Positions 12,301-27,300 of a stretch of 64,000 bases of DNA are shown here, piece by piece. Source of the DNA: Chiloscyllium plagiosum (taxonomy: Eukaryota); contig NC_057756.1 in assembly GCF_004010195.1 (NCBI RefSeq), forward strand, positions 4,185,603 through 4,249,602, written 5' to 3'. The notes under the pieces are model-generated. The model ran no database searches. It was not told the origin of the DNA and saw only the letters and a program-made list of their open reading frames with translations. Within the stretch, counting starts at the first letter, position 1. Each line of letters starts with the position of its first letter. Both the position numbers and the translations under genes were made by a program.

Positions 12301-15300
12301 ACCAAGCGTTCACTCATCCTCACTCTCTTAGTCACTGAACTTGGCTTCAGCATTCGTCTGCATCCTTTTAAGCTGGCTTTCCTGTTTAAATGCCAATTTG
12401 TCAAGTTCAAACTCCTGTTTTTTCTTGTGGTCTTCTGTCTCATTTTTCTCTCTCTTCTCTCTCTGTCTCTCTTGCCTTCTCTTTTTCATTTTGTTCCACT
12501 AATGCGATTTTTTTTTTCACTTTCCGCTGCTTTGAATTGCAATTCAAACAGCTTCATTGCTTTTGTCCATTCCTTGTCTTTTGTTTCTAATTAGAGTTGA
12601 TTTATTTCAAATTGAATTTTAGCCATCTGTAAAAATTCTGCTGCCGTTTCCAACATATTCAAATGCTGAGCCATTGCTGCAATTATCTGTCAGTTCCTCA
12701 CTGAAGGCAGCAAATGCAACTAAAACGTGTCTGCTAATTCCGGACCCTGGACTTAATCACCTTCTACAAAACTTCCAAGTCACTACTTCCACCCCCAGAA
12801 ACACCTTGGTGGATGAAAAAGCCACTGCTATCCCAGGCGCTGCTTAAACCATGCGATTTCAACACCCAGAACAAAAGACTCTCACACCTTCTGTGGCTGC
12901 CTTCGAATCCAGCAACCCTAATCACAACTTGGAATGACAGAATTCCCGGGGGTGTCTCCAATTCAGTATGGACCATATCAGACTTCATGAAAACATTTCA
13001 ATGAAGTCGCCAAGACCCTACCTTTTCCAAGTGTTTTTAGCAGTTTTAATGCAAATATTCCAGGAGGAATGCAGCTGGTCAAACCAGTTAGCTTTAATCA
13101 AAACAGAATATATTGACAAGATTGTCGAATGAAATACAACAAGAGAATAAGTTAACTTATCCGAAAACCAAATGGATTATCCCTAATTACAGTGCTGTTT
13201 CAAATACTTGCAACTATCCCAATAAACATCCTTGGCACAAAAGCTAAAAGCAACAAGATCTTACAGGAGAGAAGTCAGAGAGAATCAGCGTGATCCTGCT
13301 TCTTTGCATCCATCAGCGTTTACAACCGCCTGACTGCTTTCTGTGTAGAGTCGAACTGCTAAAGAGACATCAAATAAAAAAACAAAGCTGAACCTAGACA
13401 ACAGGCAACTTACCCTTGTAACTTGATTTTTTTTTTTACTCGAGAGTCTTTTGCTTGAGTCAGTATCTGTTGGGTATAATCAAACTGGCCCTAAAATCCT
13501 TCAACTTAGACTTTTCGAAGTCTGAGTCTTTTACGAGGTCTCTGAAAACAAAACAAGGACAACATAATATTGTTAATGGAGCATAGTCATCTTTTATAAT
13601 GTGATAAGACGTGTTTCTTTACATATTCAGAGATGTTAAATTCAAGCTCTCATAAATTCTATTTTGTAATGACTCGATTAATACCTTCTTTTAGAACCAG
13701 GGACCTTGATGAAAGCATATGGTGAGTTGTGTTATACAGTATGGGCGCCATAAAATTCAAAAAAAGGTAACTACCGATGTGTGCAGCAATGAGATGCACA
13801 CAAGTACATCCCCCTTTCAAGTAGATAGAAACATTGAAGATTTGGACGTATAACAGAGACGGGGACATTTTGCGGGGAGTATTAATATGTTTGTATATTG
13901 TTGCATGTTGTTGTCAACAGCGAAATCCTCTTTGACTTGAATGTATTGCATGCAATTCCACAGCTGAATATAAACCGTATCAGTCTAACAATCCTTCTCT
14001 GACATTTGCATAATTGTTTTCACGCTGGCCATTATATCTCGGTATACTCCAGTAAATGGCAAGACACTTTTCGCAAAAAAATTTCTTGATCATCTTCCAC
14101 GCAATTATACTGATATGAATATCGTCAAATTATCTGCTGTTTCATTTTATAACAGAATCAGAACTCAACAAATGCAAGAAAGGTATTAAGAAGTCTAAAC
14201 TATCAATTTCAATAGTTCGTCAGATGCCTGTTGCATATTTTAAATTGTGCCCAATTTTGTCTTAACAATGATTAAACTGAAGGTTTCATGGTGTCATTTT
14301 TTTTTTAGTCTAAATTGCAAATAACCGAAGAACTGCGTAAATGTCTGATTAAATTCATGAGCAAACATGCACATAGTTCAGTAATAGGTAAAAAAAAAAT
14401 CAAATTAAACAAGGTAACGAAATAAAAACGCGTGTGACAGACAAATATACATTAGAGTCCAGAATAAAATGAAATGGAACAATTTTCCATTATTCAATAC
14501 ACCGTTGGGCGATGAAACTTTATGACATAACTTTTTCACGGGATGAGAGCTTCACTATATTGAGAAACATTTCCAATTTTGCATATAGCAGTTAAGATTC
14601 AAAACCGTGTAAGTAAAACAGTTTTTTTTTGTGTAAAGGTTTGTTAGTGAACTGACAGTCATTGACTCATACAGCATGGAAACAGACCCTTCGGTACAAC
14701 CAGTCCATGCCGAAAACAATCCCACCTAGCTCTATCTGCCAGAGTTTGGCTCATGTGCATCCAAGTTTTTCTGATTCAGGTGCCTATCTAAATGTATTTT
14801 GAACGTTCCAATTACTCTGGTAGCTCATTCCACAAATGGACCACTCTTTTTGTTAAAAATGTCTCTCGTACCTTTTTCTTAAATCCTTCTCCTCTCAACT
14901 TAACATATGCCCATTAGTCTTGAAATCACCCACCGCAGATAAAGGACACCTGCTATTTACATTATCTAGCCTATCTAGCCGTTGCTTACACGTCAAAACC
15001 TTCATGCCCAGCCATATCTTCTAAACCATCGCCAGCGTAATATCGTTCCTGTATCAAGGCAATCATAACTGGGCACAATACTCCAGAAGAGGTCTTCCTG
15101 CACAACTTAATTTGGAGCTGCATCCATAAGTGCCCCTGTTCTGCTCCGCAGCCAAATGCCTAATTTAACATATTTTAAGTTTTGTCCCTGTTTATAGTCA
15201 GAGAGTCAGAGAGATCTACAGTTCATAAACAGACCCCATGTTCTATCTTGTCCTTGTCGAGCAGATATCGTAAAACTAATCTCATGCCATTGACCAGCAC

Positions 15301-18300
15301 ATGGTCCATATCCCTCTATACTGTACCCATTAATATACCAACTTGGATGCATTTTAAATGTAATTGTACCAGTCTCTACCAATTCCTCTGGCAGCTCATT
15401 CCATACAGGCACCATCGTCTCCTTGAAAAAGAAGTTGCTACTGAGATCTCCTATTTTTCTTACCCCTCTCACTCTAAAGTGAGCGTTCCTCCAGTCTGGA
15501 TTCTTCCACTCGTGGGGAAAGACCTTGTCCATTTTATCCTATCCATGCGCTCATGACATTATAAACCTCTATAAGTTTACCCCTCAGTCTCCAACGATGC
15601 AACCAAAAATCCTAGCTTGTTCACCCACTCCGGGTTGCTCAAATCCACCAACCCTGGCAACATCCTTGTCCGTCATCGCTGAAGCTTTTCAAATTTCCCA
15701 GCATCCTTCCGATGGTAGGGACAAGAGAATTGCACATGACGTTCCAAAGTAGCCTATTGATGCTTGTTTTACCAAAATGCAAAACTTCACATATATCTCA
15801 ATCTGCCATTCTTCTGCCCATTGTTCTAATTCGTCAAGATCTCATAATAAATCTTGGACAACCACCTTCCCCAAACTTTGCTAAATTCTGCAAATATATA
15901 GAGATGTATTACAGGTCTGATATTATGACAGACTTATGAAGGTAGCAGAGAGTAGTTATCTGAAAACATAATAAAAAATGCATTTCTGGTATAAAAGCAA
16001 AAGAAAATGTACTAAATATTGTCTTATGACCAGTATTCACTAAAGTGGCGCATTTGCAATAATACGAAACTAAGGAACCAAGAATATTTCATGCAGAGAA
16101 TAACACATGGCTACAGTTTTCAGCAGAAAGTTATGTTCTAAATTCAAAGTATGCAAAAAATGTTACTGTAAAGCTGGGAAAGTACACTGCGATAAAACCA
16201 ATGAGGGTAATGGAATGGGGCTCTGTGAGCTGCAAGTCGAGCTATTTAACAGAATAATCTGAGGTCTATAAAACTTCACATACAATTTCACTTCCAGCAA
16301 TTGGGATACATAAATGTCTCTTGATCGAAAAGAACATAATTGTTAAGCATGAGTCATTATTTTGCTTTTATCACGTTGATATTCACGTTTATGAAGGGAA
16401 TTAAATGTCACCTGATTGTTGTCATGATTCATGATCAATATTCATTCGAAATTATTCTTATGTTTGTCAATTCATGAGGGGAATTTTGATGTTCCCGGTA
16501 CAGATCTTGATGAAGTCAAAAACACTCTAAAAGAAGCAGGTAATTTTGAAGAACGAAAAAATCCGAAATAAGACACATTTTTTTGTGATTTTTGACGTAG
16601 TTTTACTGATAGAGCATTGTGAATTTGGTAATCACTTCACATACTGACACGTTTTATGCCTGAACATTTACACCAGTAATGTGAGCTATTTTTCTTGTAT
16701 TTTGTCAAAGGTGAACAAAAGCAATGAGCAATTTTAGTGGTACAGAAAAAAAAGATTTCATCCAAAGAATTGTCATTGTTTATGAATTTAACATTTGTGT
16801 ATCAAACCGAGGGTGCTCATACTTTGCTAATATACATTATGGAATTAGAGTTCACAATCAGCGTGGGCATGAAAGTAATCGTGAAAGAACCTCGTGTTCA
16901 GGAACTATCAGTCCCAAACATTACACGAATGTAATTTGTACATCCCTCCTTTTTCGGCTAACCAGAGAAAAAAGGAAAGACAAGATTCAGAGGAGAGGAG
17001 ACAGAGCCTATTGAGAGGAAGGTCAGCAGTGAATGTTCCAGCAGGTAAAGGAGAATGAGCCTGAATAGCTTCTCGAAGCTGTGGTTTGTGAGCAGCAAGT
17101 AAGAGTTGCGAATTTGTAATGGAGCAGAGAGCAACACAAGTTTGAATTTAGTAATAAATTATTTGGCACTGTATGTATTAATTAAGTAAAATGGCTAAAT
17201 ATGGCAGTAGAACTCGATATCATAGTCTGCTTCACTGGCCCGTGTGTGAATCCAATCACTTTTCCATTGTCCACGTGAAAAGAGGTTCTCCAGATGCAAG
17301 TCTGAGAAGCCCGGGTTTCGGAGTTGGAGCAATGTCTGGAGATACTGTGGGACACTCGCGAGGTATAGATTATCTTGGATCTCAGGTTGAGGAAGGAGGT
17401 CACACGAATATCGCAGACCACACAGGGAGGAAGGGAATGAGTGACAAACAAACAGAGCAGGAAGGCTATTCTGGCAATGCATAAAACTCCTGTGGCTATC
17501 CACCAGCTGAAAGGATATACATTTTTTACTATGATATTGAGGGAATGACCGCTCAAGGGACAGCAGCAGCAACCAAATTCATGGCACTATTGTTGGCTCT
17601 TCTGCATAGAAAAGGAGGACTAAGCATAAAAATGCAATACATATCGAGGATTCAGTCATAAGGCAAAAAGATAGGCGTTTATATGAGAGCAAACAAGAGT
17701 CCAGGATGGTGTGCTACCTCCCTGGTGCGAAGGTTCTGGTCATCTCAGAGCATTTTGCAGAACATTTTGGAGTGTGTGGGCGAACAGCCAAAGATCGTGG
17801 TACACATTGGCACGAAAGACAAAAGTTACAAAAATGGAGCAGGTGCTAAAGGCAGAATATAGAAACCTAAGAAGAAAGTTGAAGTGTAGGACCTCAAATA
17901 TAGTCTTTTTTTCAGGATCGGTACCACGAGCTAGACAGAGCAGAAACAGCAGGATATATAGAACGAGCACATAGCTAAAAAGATGGTGTGAGGGGGAGGA
18001 ATTCAAATTCCTGGGGCGTTCGGCTCGTTTCTTGTGGAGATGGGATCTGTACAAACTGGGCTGGTTGCACCTGGGCAGGACTGGGATCGATATCCTTGTG
18101 GGTACATTTCGAGTGATTGGGGAATGTTTAAACTTGTCTGGTGGGGTGAAATGAACAAAAGGAGTAGTGCATTAGATGCAGAAATTTGAGGAAGAGGTAG
18201 GAACCAAGGCAAACATGGCTAATAATCAGAACAGGTAGGGAAATGCTGCTGAAAAGAACAGGGACTGTAGTCTGAAATGTGTGTGTTTCAACATCAGAAG

Positions 18301-21300
18301 CATAATAGGCAAGTTAGATGAAATTGGAACTTTGATTAGTACTTGGAACTGTGATATATTAGTGACTACAGACATTGACTGAAAGAAGGACAGAACCGGC
18401 AGTTGACTGTCCCAGGATTTAAAAGTACAGGTATGATACAGGGAAACATCAAAGGGTGAGTGAGTTGCACTACTGGTAAATGTGTATCTCACATCTGTGA
18501 GATAAAGGAGCATGCATCAGAGGAATCATGCAGTGAAGCAATATGGATTAAATTTAGGAATAGGAAGGGTAAAGTCATAATGCAGGGGCTACATTATAGT
18601 CCTCCCAACAGCCAGAGGAAGGTAGAGGAAAGAATATGTGGACAGATTTGGAAAAGAAGTAAAAGTAACAGAATTATTGTTGTGATTTTAACTTCCCTGA
18701 TATTGACTGTGAATCATTACTGTTCTGCTTTTGATGGGACAGAATTTGTCAGGCTCTTTCAGAAGGGGTTCTTGACACAGTATGTAAACAATTCAAAAAT
18801 GGAAAGTGCCTTATCAAACCTGGTTTTGGGAAATGAGACGACCAGGTGAATGTAGTTTTAATGGGAGAGTAGTTCTGGAGGATTGATCACAATACTGTGA
18901 GGTTTAAGATACTCCTGGATTGGAACAGTAGTGGTTATCGGGTGAAGGTGAATTGCAACAATATTTGGCTGGAACTGGAGTATTTTGATTTGAGTTGTCT
19001 GCACGAGGTAATGTCCACCTCAAACATGTGGGAGGTTTTCTAACAACAGTTCATAAGAGGTCAGGAACATCATGTACTTACAAGCAAGTAAGAAAGGTAT
19101 GCCAAGTTATTTGAAAAATGTATGACAAGGACTTTATGAGAAAGTTCAAAAAGAGAAGACGAAGCATATGTAATGCATTAGAGGGTGGAAACTAACGAAG
19201 CCATTGAAGTGTATACAGAAACTAGGAAAGCACTTGAACTAAGAAATGAGATGGTCGAAAAGAGGTCATGAAAAATTGCAATGAGTTGAGCATTTTAAAA
19301 GTATTAAGGTAGGTGACATCCCGGGACCTGATGGGATCTTAGAATATTGAAGGAGGTAAGAGAAAAAAAAAACTGCTGGAGCATTGGCAGATATCTTGTA
19401 TCCTGTTTGGCCAGAGTTGATGTCCCAGAGGAATGAAGATCAGACAATAGGTTCCGATTATTTAAAAGGGGCAGCTGGGATAATGCTGGAAATCAAGGCC
19501 TGGTGTCCTGTCGTCAGTGGTTGGGAAATTATTGGACAAGACTCTCAGCGAAAATATCTATAAGCAATTAGAAGCAAATGGACTTACTCCAATGCATTGC
19601 AAGGTTTTGTGCAGGGAAGGTCATGTCTCACTAACTTGATCTAATTTTCTGAGGAGTTGACGAATATTATTGATGAGTTAAAAACAGTTAATGTTGTCTA
19701 TATGAACTTCAGTAAATCCTTTGACAGAATCCCTAATGACAGATGTGTACAAAACATGAATGAACATAGTTTTGGAGTGACCTGGAAAGATGGATACAGA
19801 ATTGGTTTAGTCTTAGGAGACTGTGGTTAACGTTGGAAGAATGCTTTGAGAAATGAAGAGTTATGGTTAGTGATGCTCAACAGGGATCAGTCTGGACACC
19901 TCAATTGTTCTTAGTCTGTAGAAGGGATTTCAAAGAAAACATGGCGGCTCGAAATAGAAAGCTTTTGGATGAAGCAAATTTTAGTGGAGTTGCATCTTGT
20001 GAGGAGGATTATTAGAGGATACAGCAGGATATTGATCAGACGGAAGCATTATCAGAAAAATGTAAGATGGAGATTAATGTGGACAAATGCGGGGTAATGT
20101 AATTTGGAAGATTAATTACATGGGAAAATTGTACAGTGATCAGCAGAGCCATTCGCAGTGTTGATGTGCAGAGGGAGCTCGTTGTGTAAGTTCACAAGAA
20201 GACCATAAGATGATAAGAAAAACGCGTGAAAGTAAGGCCATTCGGCCCATCGAATCCATTCCACCATTCAATCATGGCTGATGGGCATTTCAACGTCACT
20301 TACTCTCACTCTCCCTGCATCCCTTAATACCTTGCTAGATTAAGAATTTATCAACCTCTGCCTTGAACACATTAACGTCCCGCCCTCGAAAGCGCTCCAT
20401 GGCAATTAATTCCACAGGTCCTACAGTCTCTGGATGAAGAAATGTCACTGCGTTTCTGTTCGAAGTTTATCCCCTCTAATTCTAAGCCTGTGCCCATGTG
20501 TCCTGGGTTTCCCTCGTCTATCCTACTTGTTACCTCTTCGAAGAGTTCGAACCGATTTCACAGGCACGGCATCCCCTTAAGAAATCCATGCTGACTTGTA
20601 CTAATTCGGCCCTGCACTTACAATAATTTAGAAATCTCATCCTGAAGGACGGATTTTAGAATTATACCTACAACCAAGGTTAGGCTAATCGACATATAAC
20701 TTTCCAGAGATCACTGAAGGTAGGGGAACAGGTAGTTAAGGTATCGCACTTGGTGTGTTTGCCTTCATTGGAAGTGCATTGAATATTATTATATCCAGGT
20801 TATGGGCAGTTTTATCGATCATTATTTCGGCCACACTTGGAATATAGCGTGCATTTCTGGTCAACACAATACCAGAGCATATGGACGCTTTTGAGAGGTT
20901 ACTGAATACATTTACCAGGATGTTATCTGCAAGCATGGATCTTTTTCTGCGAGGAAAGGTTAGATAGTATGAGTTGTTTTGATTGGAACGCAGAAGGTAA
21001 GGAGAAGGTGACCTGATAGAAAATAATACAATTCTGAAAGATATGTACAATGTGGAAACTATGAGGTACACTTTTCCCAGGGTAATCGTTTCAATTGGTA
21101 TCCGACACAGTTACATGTTGTGGAGTAGTGGTTGGACATGAAAACAGATCTGTGAGGATAGCTTCTCATACAAAGGATGGTGAGCACCTGGAACATGCTG
21201 CCACAGGAAGTGTTGGAAGCAGACACATCAGCAGCAATGAAGTAGCACTTTCAGAAATTGTGATGATACCGTCACTTTAAGAAGGTTACTTTGTCCTTGT

Positions 21301-24300
21301 TTTTTTTTCCAAAAAACAAGTTCATAATGGCAGAGGGGCCGAAATGTTTGGAAAACACCTTGCACAGCAATGGAAAGTGAGTGGACAGTTTTCACAGTTC
21401 AGCTTTTTTTCCAGTTTTGATTAGTTGTAGTCAGTAGAGCTGCTGGTTTAGCTGTATTGGAGAAGCTGTTGGAGTGCAGAGAAAGGTTCCAAACTTCAGC
21501 AGGAGATTCCTGTCTGACTTTTCTCCATATCATTTTTCCTACCTGTAATAACCTGTTTGAATTCAGCTTCCACCAAGGCGTGTGTTCATGGGATGATAAC
21601 ATATTTGCAACAACTCCTTATTTAAGATCTTGATACGGGTCAGTCAAGCTTTCCAACAATTAATATTCTAAATTTTGATTATTTTTGTGTTTCAACTGTA
21701 GTGATTACATAAATTAAAGTTTACTTAAATCTGAGTGGTTTGAACACTTCACATTTACCTATAAAATAAGAAAAAAAAAGATTTAAGATAACTACCACAA
21801 TTCGGTGACTTTTACTCGAGTGATGGAGAGGGATAAGTGTGCACTACAGGGCAAGAGTTATAGCTGGGGGCAGGGAAATTATGATGCGGTGAGGCATGAC
21901 TTAGGATGTGTGGCTTGGAAAAGTAAGCTTCAAGGCAAGGGCGTAATTGATGTGTGGAGCTTGTTCAAGGAGCAACTATTGAATGTCCTTGATAAGTATG
22001 TACACGTCAGGCAGGGAGGAAAGGGTCGTGTGAGGGAACCGGGGTTTAATAAGGAATTGGAATCCCTTGCTAACTGGAAGAGGGCGGCCTATGTAAAGAT
22101 GAGGCGTGAAGGTTCAATTGGGGCGATTAAGAGTTATAAGGTAGCCAGGAAGGACCTGAAGAGAGAGCTAAGAGCAGCAAGGAGGGGACATGAAAGGTCC
22201 TTAGTTGGTAGGATTAGGGAAAACCCTAAGGCTTTCTATAGGGTTGTCAGGAATAAAAGAATGACTAGGGTAGGAATAGGTCCAGTCAAGGATAGTAGTG
22301 GGAAGTGCGTGTGGAGGCTGAAGAGATTGGGGAGACACTGAATGAATACTTTTCGTCAGTATTCAATCAGGACCAGGACATTGTTGCCGATGTGAATACT
22401 GAGTCACAATTAATTAGAATGGGCGCTCTGAGGTATGTAGGGAGGAGGTGTTGGAAATTCTGGAAAGGGTGAAAATAGATAAGTCCCCTGGGCCTGATGG
22501 CATTTATCCTAGGATTCTCTGGGAAGCAAGGGAGGAGATTGCAGAGGCATTGACCTTGATTTTTATGTCCTCGTTGTCTACAGGAGTAGTGCCAGAAGAT
22601 TGGAGGCGAGCAAATGTGGTTCCCTTGTTCAAGAAGGGGTGTAGGGTAACCCTAGTAACTATAGGCCGGTGAGTCACACTTCTGTTGTGGGCAAAATCTT
22701 AGAGAGAATTGTAAGGGATAGGATTTATGAACATCTGGATAGGAATAATGTGATCAAGGATAGTCAGCATGGTTTTGTGAAGGGCAGGTCGTGCCTCACA
22801 AACCTTATTGAATTCTTTGAGAAGGTAAGTTTTTACACGCATAGACGAGGAATGTCAAATAAAGAAGTTGTAGCAATAAGAGACACAAGATCATGTCAAC
22901 CTGTGATGTTAAGAAATGATGAGATATGCATCTCAGAAGGACTGTTGGCAAAACAAAGTAGTAGGAAGCAGAATTTGTGTGGGTCAACAAATATTCGACT
23001 ATGTTGAGTGAGGTTAGATTGTCTGGTGAAAAGTAACGAAGTGGCATTAGGAGTACTAGATGAACTGTTGGCTCCAGGAATACGATTTCTCTTTGCTAAC
23101 GATATAGCTGGGTCAAAGGTAGGAGTGCTGCCGGCTGTGGTTGAAGTGCCAGTGGAAATCAGGTAAGTTAGTTATTACAGGAACTATATCGGGGAATTTT
23201 TCCTGACTGTGTGGTAAAGAGGACACAGAGACACTGATTGAAATAGCGGGACAAATCAAATAATTGAGAAAATGAAGTTGAATTAAAACTATCAGAAACT
23301 TTGTTTGATCAATTGTTTGAAAGAAAATGGCAAAAGGCGGACAAAAACATGCATATTTTGAGCACACAGAAATTACCCAGAATTACAACAGAAAGTTGAA
23401 AAACCGCAGCAAATTATCGAAATGCCTACACGGAAGGTTAATCTGAATTTATCCCTTATTGTTACTGACTTTAAAATGAAGTCTTGAAGAGGAAATAAAG
23501 ACAATCACATTTTCCAGCAAATCAGAATTGGGCAGACGTTCATCAGGTTATCTTGGCAATGGATTAGTGAAAGGACGTGTTGTACGTACAGTTCGAATTG
23601 CTAGTAGGAAATCATTTTTACTGGCATGGACTGCTTCAGGATGCAATTGAAACTTTTTGTGCATTTTAGTAAATTCACAAACTGCAGGCAGCAATAAAAC
23701 AATAGCTATCATACACAATCCAGCATTTGAGGAACTTCTACAAGTCTTCATTGATTGCGTTGGATGATGTGGAGTCTGTGTGGGTGAAATTGAGGAACCA
23801 CAAAGGCAAAAAAAAACCATAGTTGGAGTTATGTACAGACCTCCTAACAGTGGTCAGGACCAGGGGTGCAACATGTACCGGGAAATAGAGAAGGCATGTC
23901 AGAAAGGCAAGGTCACAGTGATCATGGGAGACTTCAATATGTAGGTGGACTGGGTAAATAATGTTGCCAGTGGATCCAAAGAAAGGGAATTCATGGAATG
24001 CTTACAGAATGGCTTTTTGGAACAGCTTGTCATGCAGCCCACAAGGGAGTAGGCTATTCTGGACCTATGTAATGAACCAGACTTTATAAAAAATCTTAAA
24101 GTAAGGGAACACTTAAGAAGCAGCGATCATAATATGGTTCAGTCTGCAGGTTGAAAGAGAGAAGGCAAAATTGGATGTAATGGTGTTACAGTTAAATAAA
24201 GGTAACTATGAGGGCATGAGAGAGGAACTGACGAAAATAGACTGGAAGCAAAGCCTAGCAGGGAAGACAGTAGAACAAAAATGGCAGCAGTTTGTGGGTA

Positions 24301-27300
24301 AAATTGAGGACACTGTACAGAGGTTCATCCCCAAGAAGAGAAAGATTATCCGGGGAGGGATTAGACAGCCATGGCTGACAAAGGAAGTCAGGAAATGTAT
24401 CAAAGAAAAAGAGAGAGCCTATAAAGTGGCCAAGAGCACTGGGAAATCAGAAGATTGGGAAGGCTACAAAAACAAACCGAGGATAACAAAGAGAGAAATA
24501 AGGAAGGAAAGGATCAAATATGAAGGTAGGCTAGCCAGTAATATTAGAAATGATAGTAAAAGTTCCTTTCAGTACATAAGAACCAAACAATAGGCAAAAG
24601 TAGACATTGGGCCACTTCAAACTGATGCAGGATGCCTAGTGATGGGAGATAAGGAAATAGCTGGAGAACTTAATAAATACTTTGCGTCAGTCTTCACAGT
24701 GCAAGACATGAGTAATATCCCAAAAATTAAAGGGNNNNNNNNNNNNNNNNNNNNNNNNNNNNNNNNNNNNNNNNNNNNNNNNNNNNNNNNNNNNNNNNNN
24801 NNNNNNNNNNNNNNNNNNNNNNNNNNNNNNNNNNNNNNNNNNNNNNNNNNNNNNNNNNNNNNNNNNNNNNNNNNNNNNNNNNNNNNNNNNNNNNNNNNNN
24901 NNNNNNNNNNNNNNNNNNNNNNNNNNNNNNNNNNNNNNNNNNNNNNNNNNNNNNNNNNNNNNNNNNNNNNNNNNNNNNNNNNNNNNNNNNNNNNNNNNNN
25001 NNNNNNNNNNNNNNNNNNNNNNNNNNNNNNNNNNNNNNNNNNNNNNNNNNNNNNNNNNNNNNNNNNNCCGCAGCTGTTCACGTTATATATTAATGATCTG
25101 GATGAAGGGACTTGGGGCATTCTAGCGAAGTTTGCTGATGATACAAAGTTAGGTGGACAGGCAGGTAGTACTGAGGATGTGGGGAGGCTGCAGAAGGATC
25201 TAGACAGTTTGGAGGAGTGGTCCAGGAAATGGTTGATGGAATTCAATGTGAGCAAATGCAAGGTCTTGCGCTTTGGGAAAAAGAATAGAAGCATGGATTA
25301 CTTTCTAAACGGTGAGAAAATTCGTAAAGCTAAAGTACAGAGGGATCTGGGAGTGCTAGTTGAGGATTCTCTAAAGGTAAACATGCAGGTTGAGTCCGTG
25401 ATTAAGAAACCGAATGCAATGTTGTCAATTATCTCAAGAGGGTTGGAATATAAAAGCACTGTTGTGTTCCTGAGACTTTATAAAGCTCTGGTTAGGCCCC
25501 ATTTGGAGTACTGTGTCCAGTTTTGGTCCCCACACCTCAGGAAGGACATACTGGCACTGGAGCATGTCCAGCGGAGTTTCACACCGATGATCCCTGGAAT
25601 GGTAGGTCTAATATATGAGGAATGGCTGAGGATTCTGGGATTGTATTCATTGGAGTTTAGAAGATTAAGGGGAGATCTAACAGAAACTTACAGGGTAATA
25701 CATGGCTTGGAAATGGTGGACGCTAGGAAATTGTTTCTGTTAGGCGAGGAGACTAGGACCCGTGGACACAGCCTTAGAATTAGAGGGGGTAAATTCAGAA
25801 CAGAAATGCGGAGACATTTCTTCAGCCAGAGAGTGGTGGGCCTGTGGAATGCATTGCCACAGAGTGCAGTGGAGGCTGGGACGCTAAATGTCTTCAAGGC
25901 AGAAATTGATAAATTCTTGATGTCACAAGGAATAAATGGCTACGGGGAGAATGTGGGTAAGTGGAGTTGAAATGCCCATCAGCCATGATTGATTGGTGGA
26001 GTGGACTCGATGGCCTGAATGGCCTTACTTCCGCTCCTATGTCTTATGGTCTTACGGTCTTATGCCTAACTAGAACAAAAAAAAAGTGGGAATTGGTATT
26101 TCTCAGAAATAGTAAGAGTTTCCATTAGATTTCAAGATGCCACTCAATTATGAAATATCACAGCTAAAAGGATTGTGGAGGAGTTGCTCAATTTCTTTTT
26201 CACTAGATATGGATTACTCACAGAGATGCAATCAGAACAACGGACAAATATTTCACCGAATTATTCCAGGAAGTTGTGGACAGCTTAAGTATAAAGCAAT
26301 TCAAAACCACGCATACCATCCAGCATTGCAGGAAGCTCTGGAAAATAAGCATCAGACATTAATGATTATGTTAAGAGCTAATAGTTAACACTATCCAAAT
26401 GATCAGGATACAAAAGTCAGTTGGTACTTTTTGCCATTAGAGATGCTACAAATAAATCGTGCAAGTTCACTCCATTTGAATTAGTTTATTTTTTGGCTTG
26501 CAGTGAAAGAAGCACTGAAATTAATTAAGGAAAAAATGTGAGTTAGAATCCAGAACGACATATTTGGACTTTGTATCAAATTTCAGAGAACAGTTAAATA
26601 GTGTGGAGGAGTTAGCTTGAGAGAACTTAAAAATGTCACAACATGTGATGAAACAGAAAGCAGACAAGAAAGCAAACCTTGCAATTTTGCTAACAGGGAT
26701 AAAGTGTTAGTGTTGCTTCCATAGGTGAACTTTGACAAGCAAGGTTGAGTGAATCTAATCAATTCTAAAGGAGATTAATGAGGTGAACTATTTGATTAGG
26801 ATGCCAGATCAAAAGAAGTGTCACAGAGTGTGTGAGGTGAATATGCTCAAAAGGTGATCTGAGGGGGAAGGAAAGCAAAAGGAGAATGCGTTAGTAGTTA
26901 AAACGTAGATTGAAGAAACATGTTCAGAGTATTTTGAACAGCACGTTCCACTAATTAAGTAGGAAAGTAAGGAACTTGTCAAAAATTGGGACAGGTAATT
27001 GAGATAACTTCCTAAGTAAAAACGAAATGACTCAAATGAGCTGTTACTTTTGCATGGGGGCGCATGTGGCAATTACCTGGGAATCGAACCTAATTATGCA
27101 TCATGTAGCTATGGGAAATGCTCCTCCAATTTATCAAGATCGTTATAGACCTAACCCTGTAGAAATGGCACCGGTTCAAAAAGACATTAAGCATATGTTC
27201 CTAAACATTTAATTAAATTGAGTTACAGTGACTGGAGCTCGCCCAGAGTAATGGAGGATACAAATGCTACCTAAAGATTTGTATCGACTCTCACCAAAGT

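Larger units (their letters stand above)
7330..13592 (-). mobile_element. Decayed Ty3/Gypsy LTR retrotransposon, Gmr1-like (LTR, gag, protease region, integrase), interrupted by SINEs and a CR1
   Basis: LTR-like 13010-13590; gag knuckle [12 protein letters not shown] near 9421-9455; integrase zinc-finger [17 protein letters not shown] in ORF 7715-8086 with no RT in between. Confidence 0.8.

Noticed and set aside
14309..14336. Exon-like segment with good acceptor and gtaaat donor
   Set aside because: 28 nt, TAA stop in phase 1, no similarity to the exon classes, and the heptad register is perfect without it
15915..15941. 27-nt AG..GT segment (similar one at 46501-46527)
   Set aside because: In-frame stop at codon 5 in both, weak splice sites
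16711..16727. Possible terminal exon GEQKQ-stop after the 16504 exon
   Set aside because: Plausible acceptor but no independent support; the coiled coil continues in register at 30915
23108..23162. Exon-like segment with strong cag|gtaagt donor
   Set aside because: Lies inside the Gypsy internal region; 55 nt and frame-breaking
24639..25970. 443-aa ORF, the longest in the track
   Set aside because: Spans the N gap; it is CR1 reverse transcriptase, not a host gene
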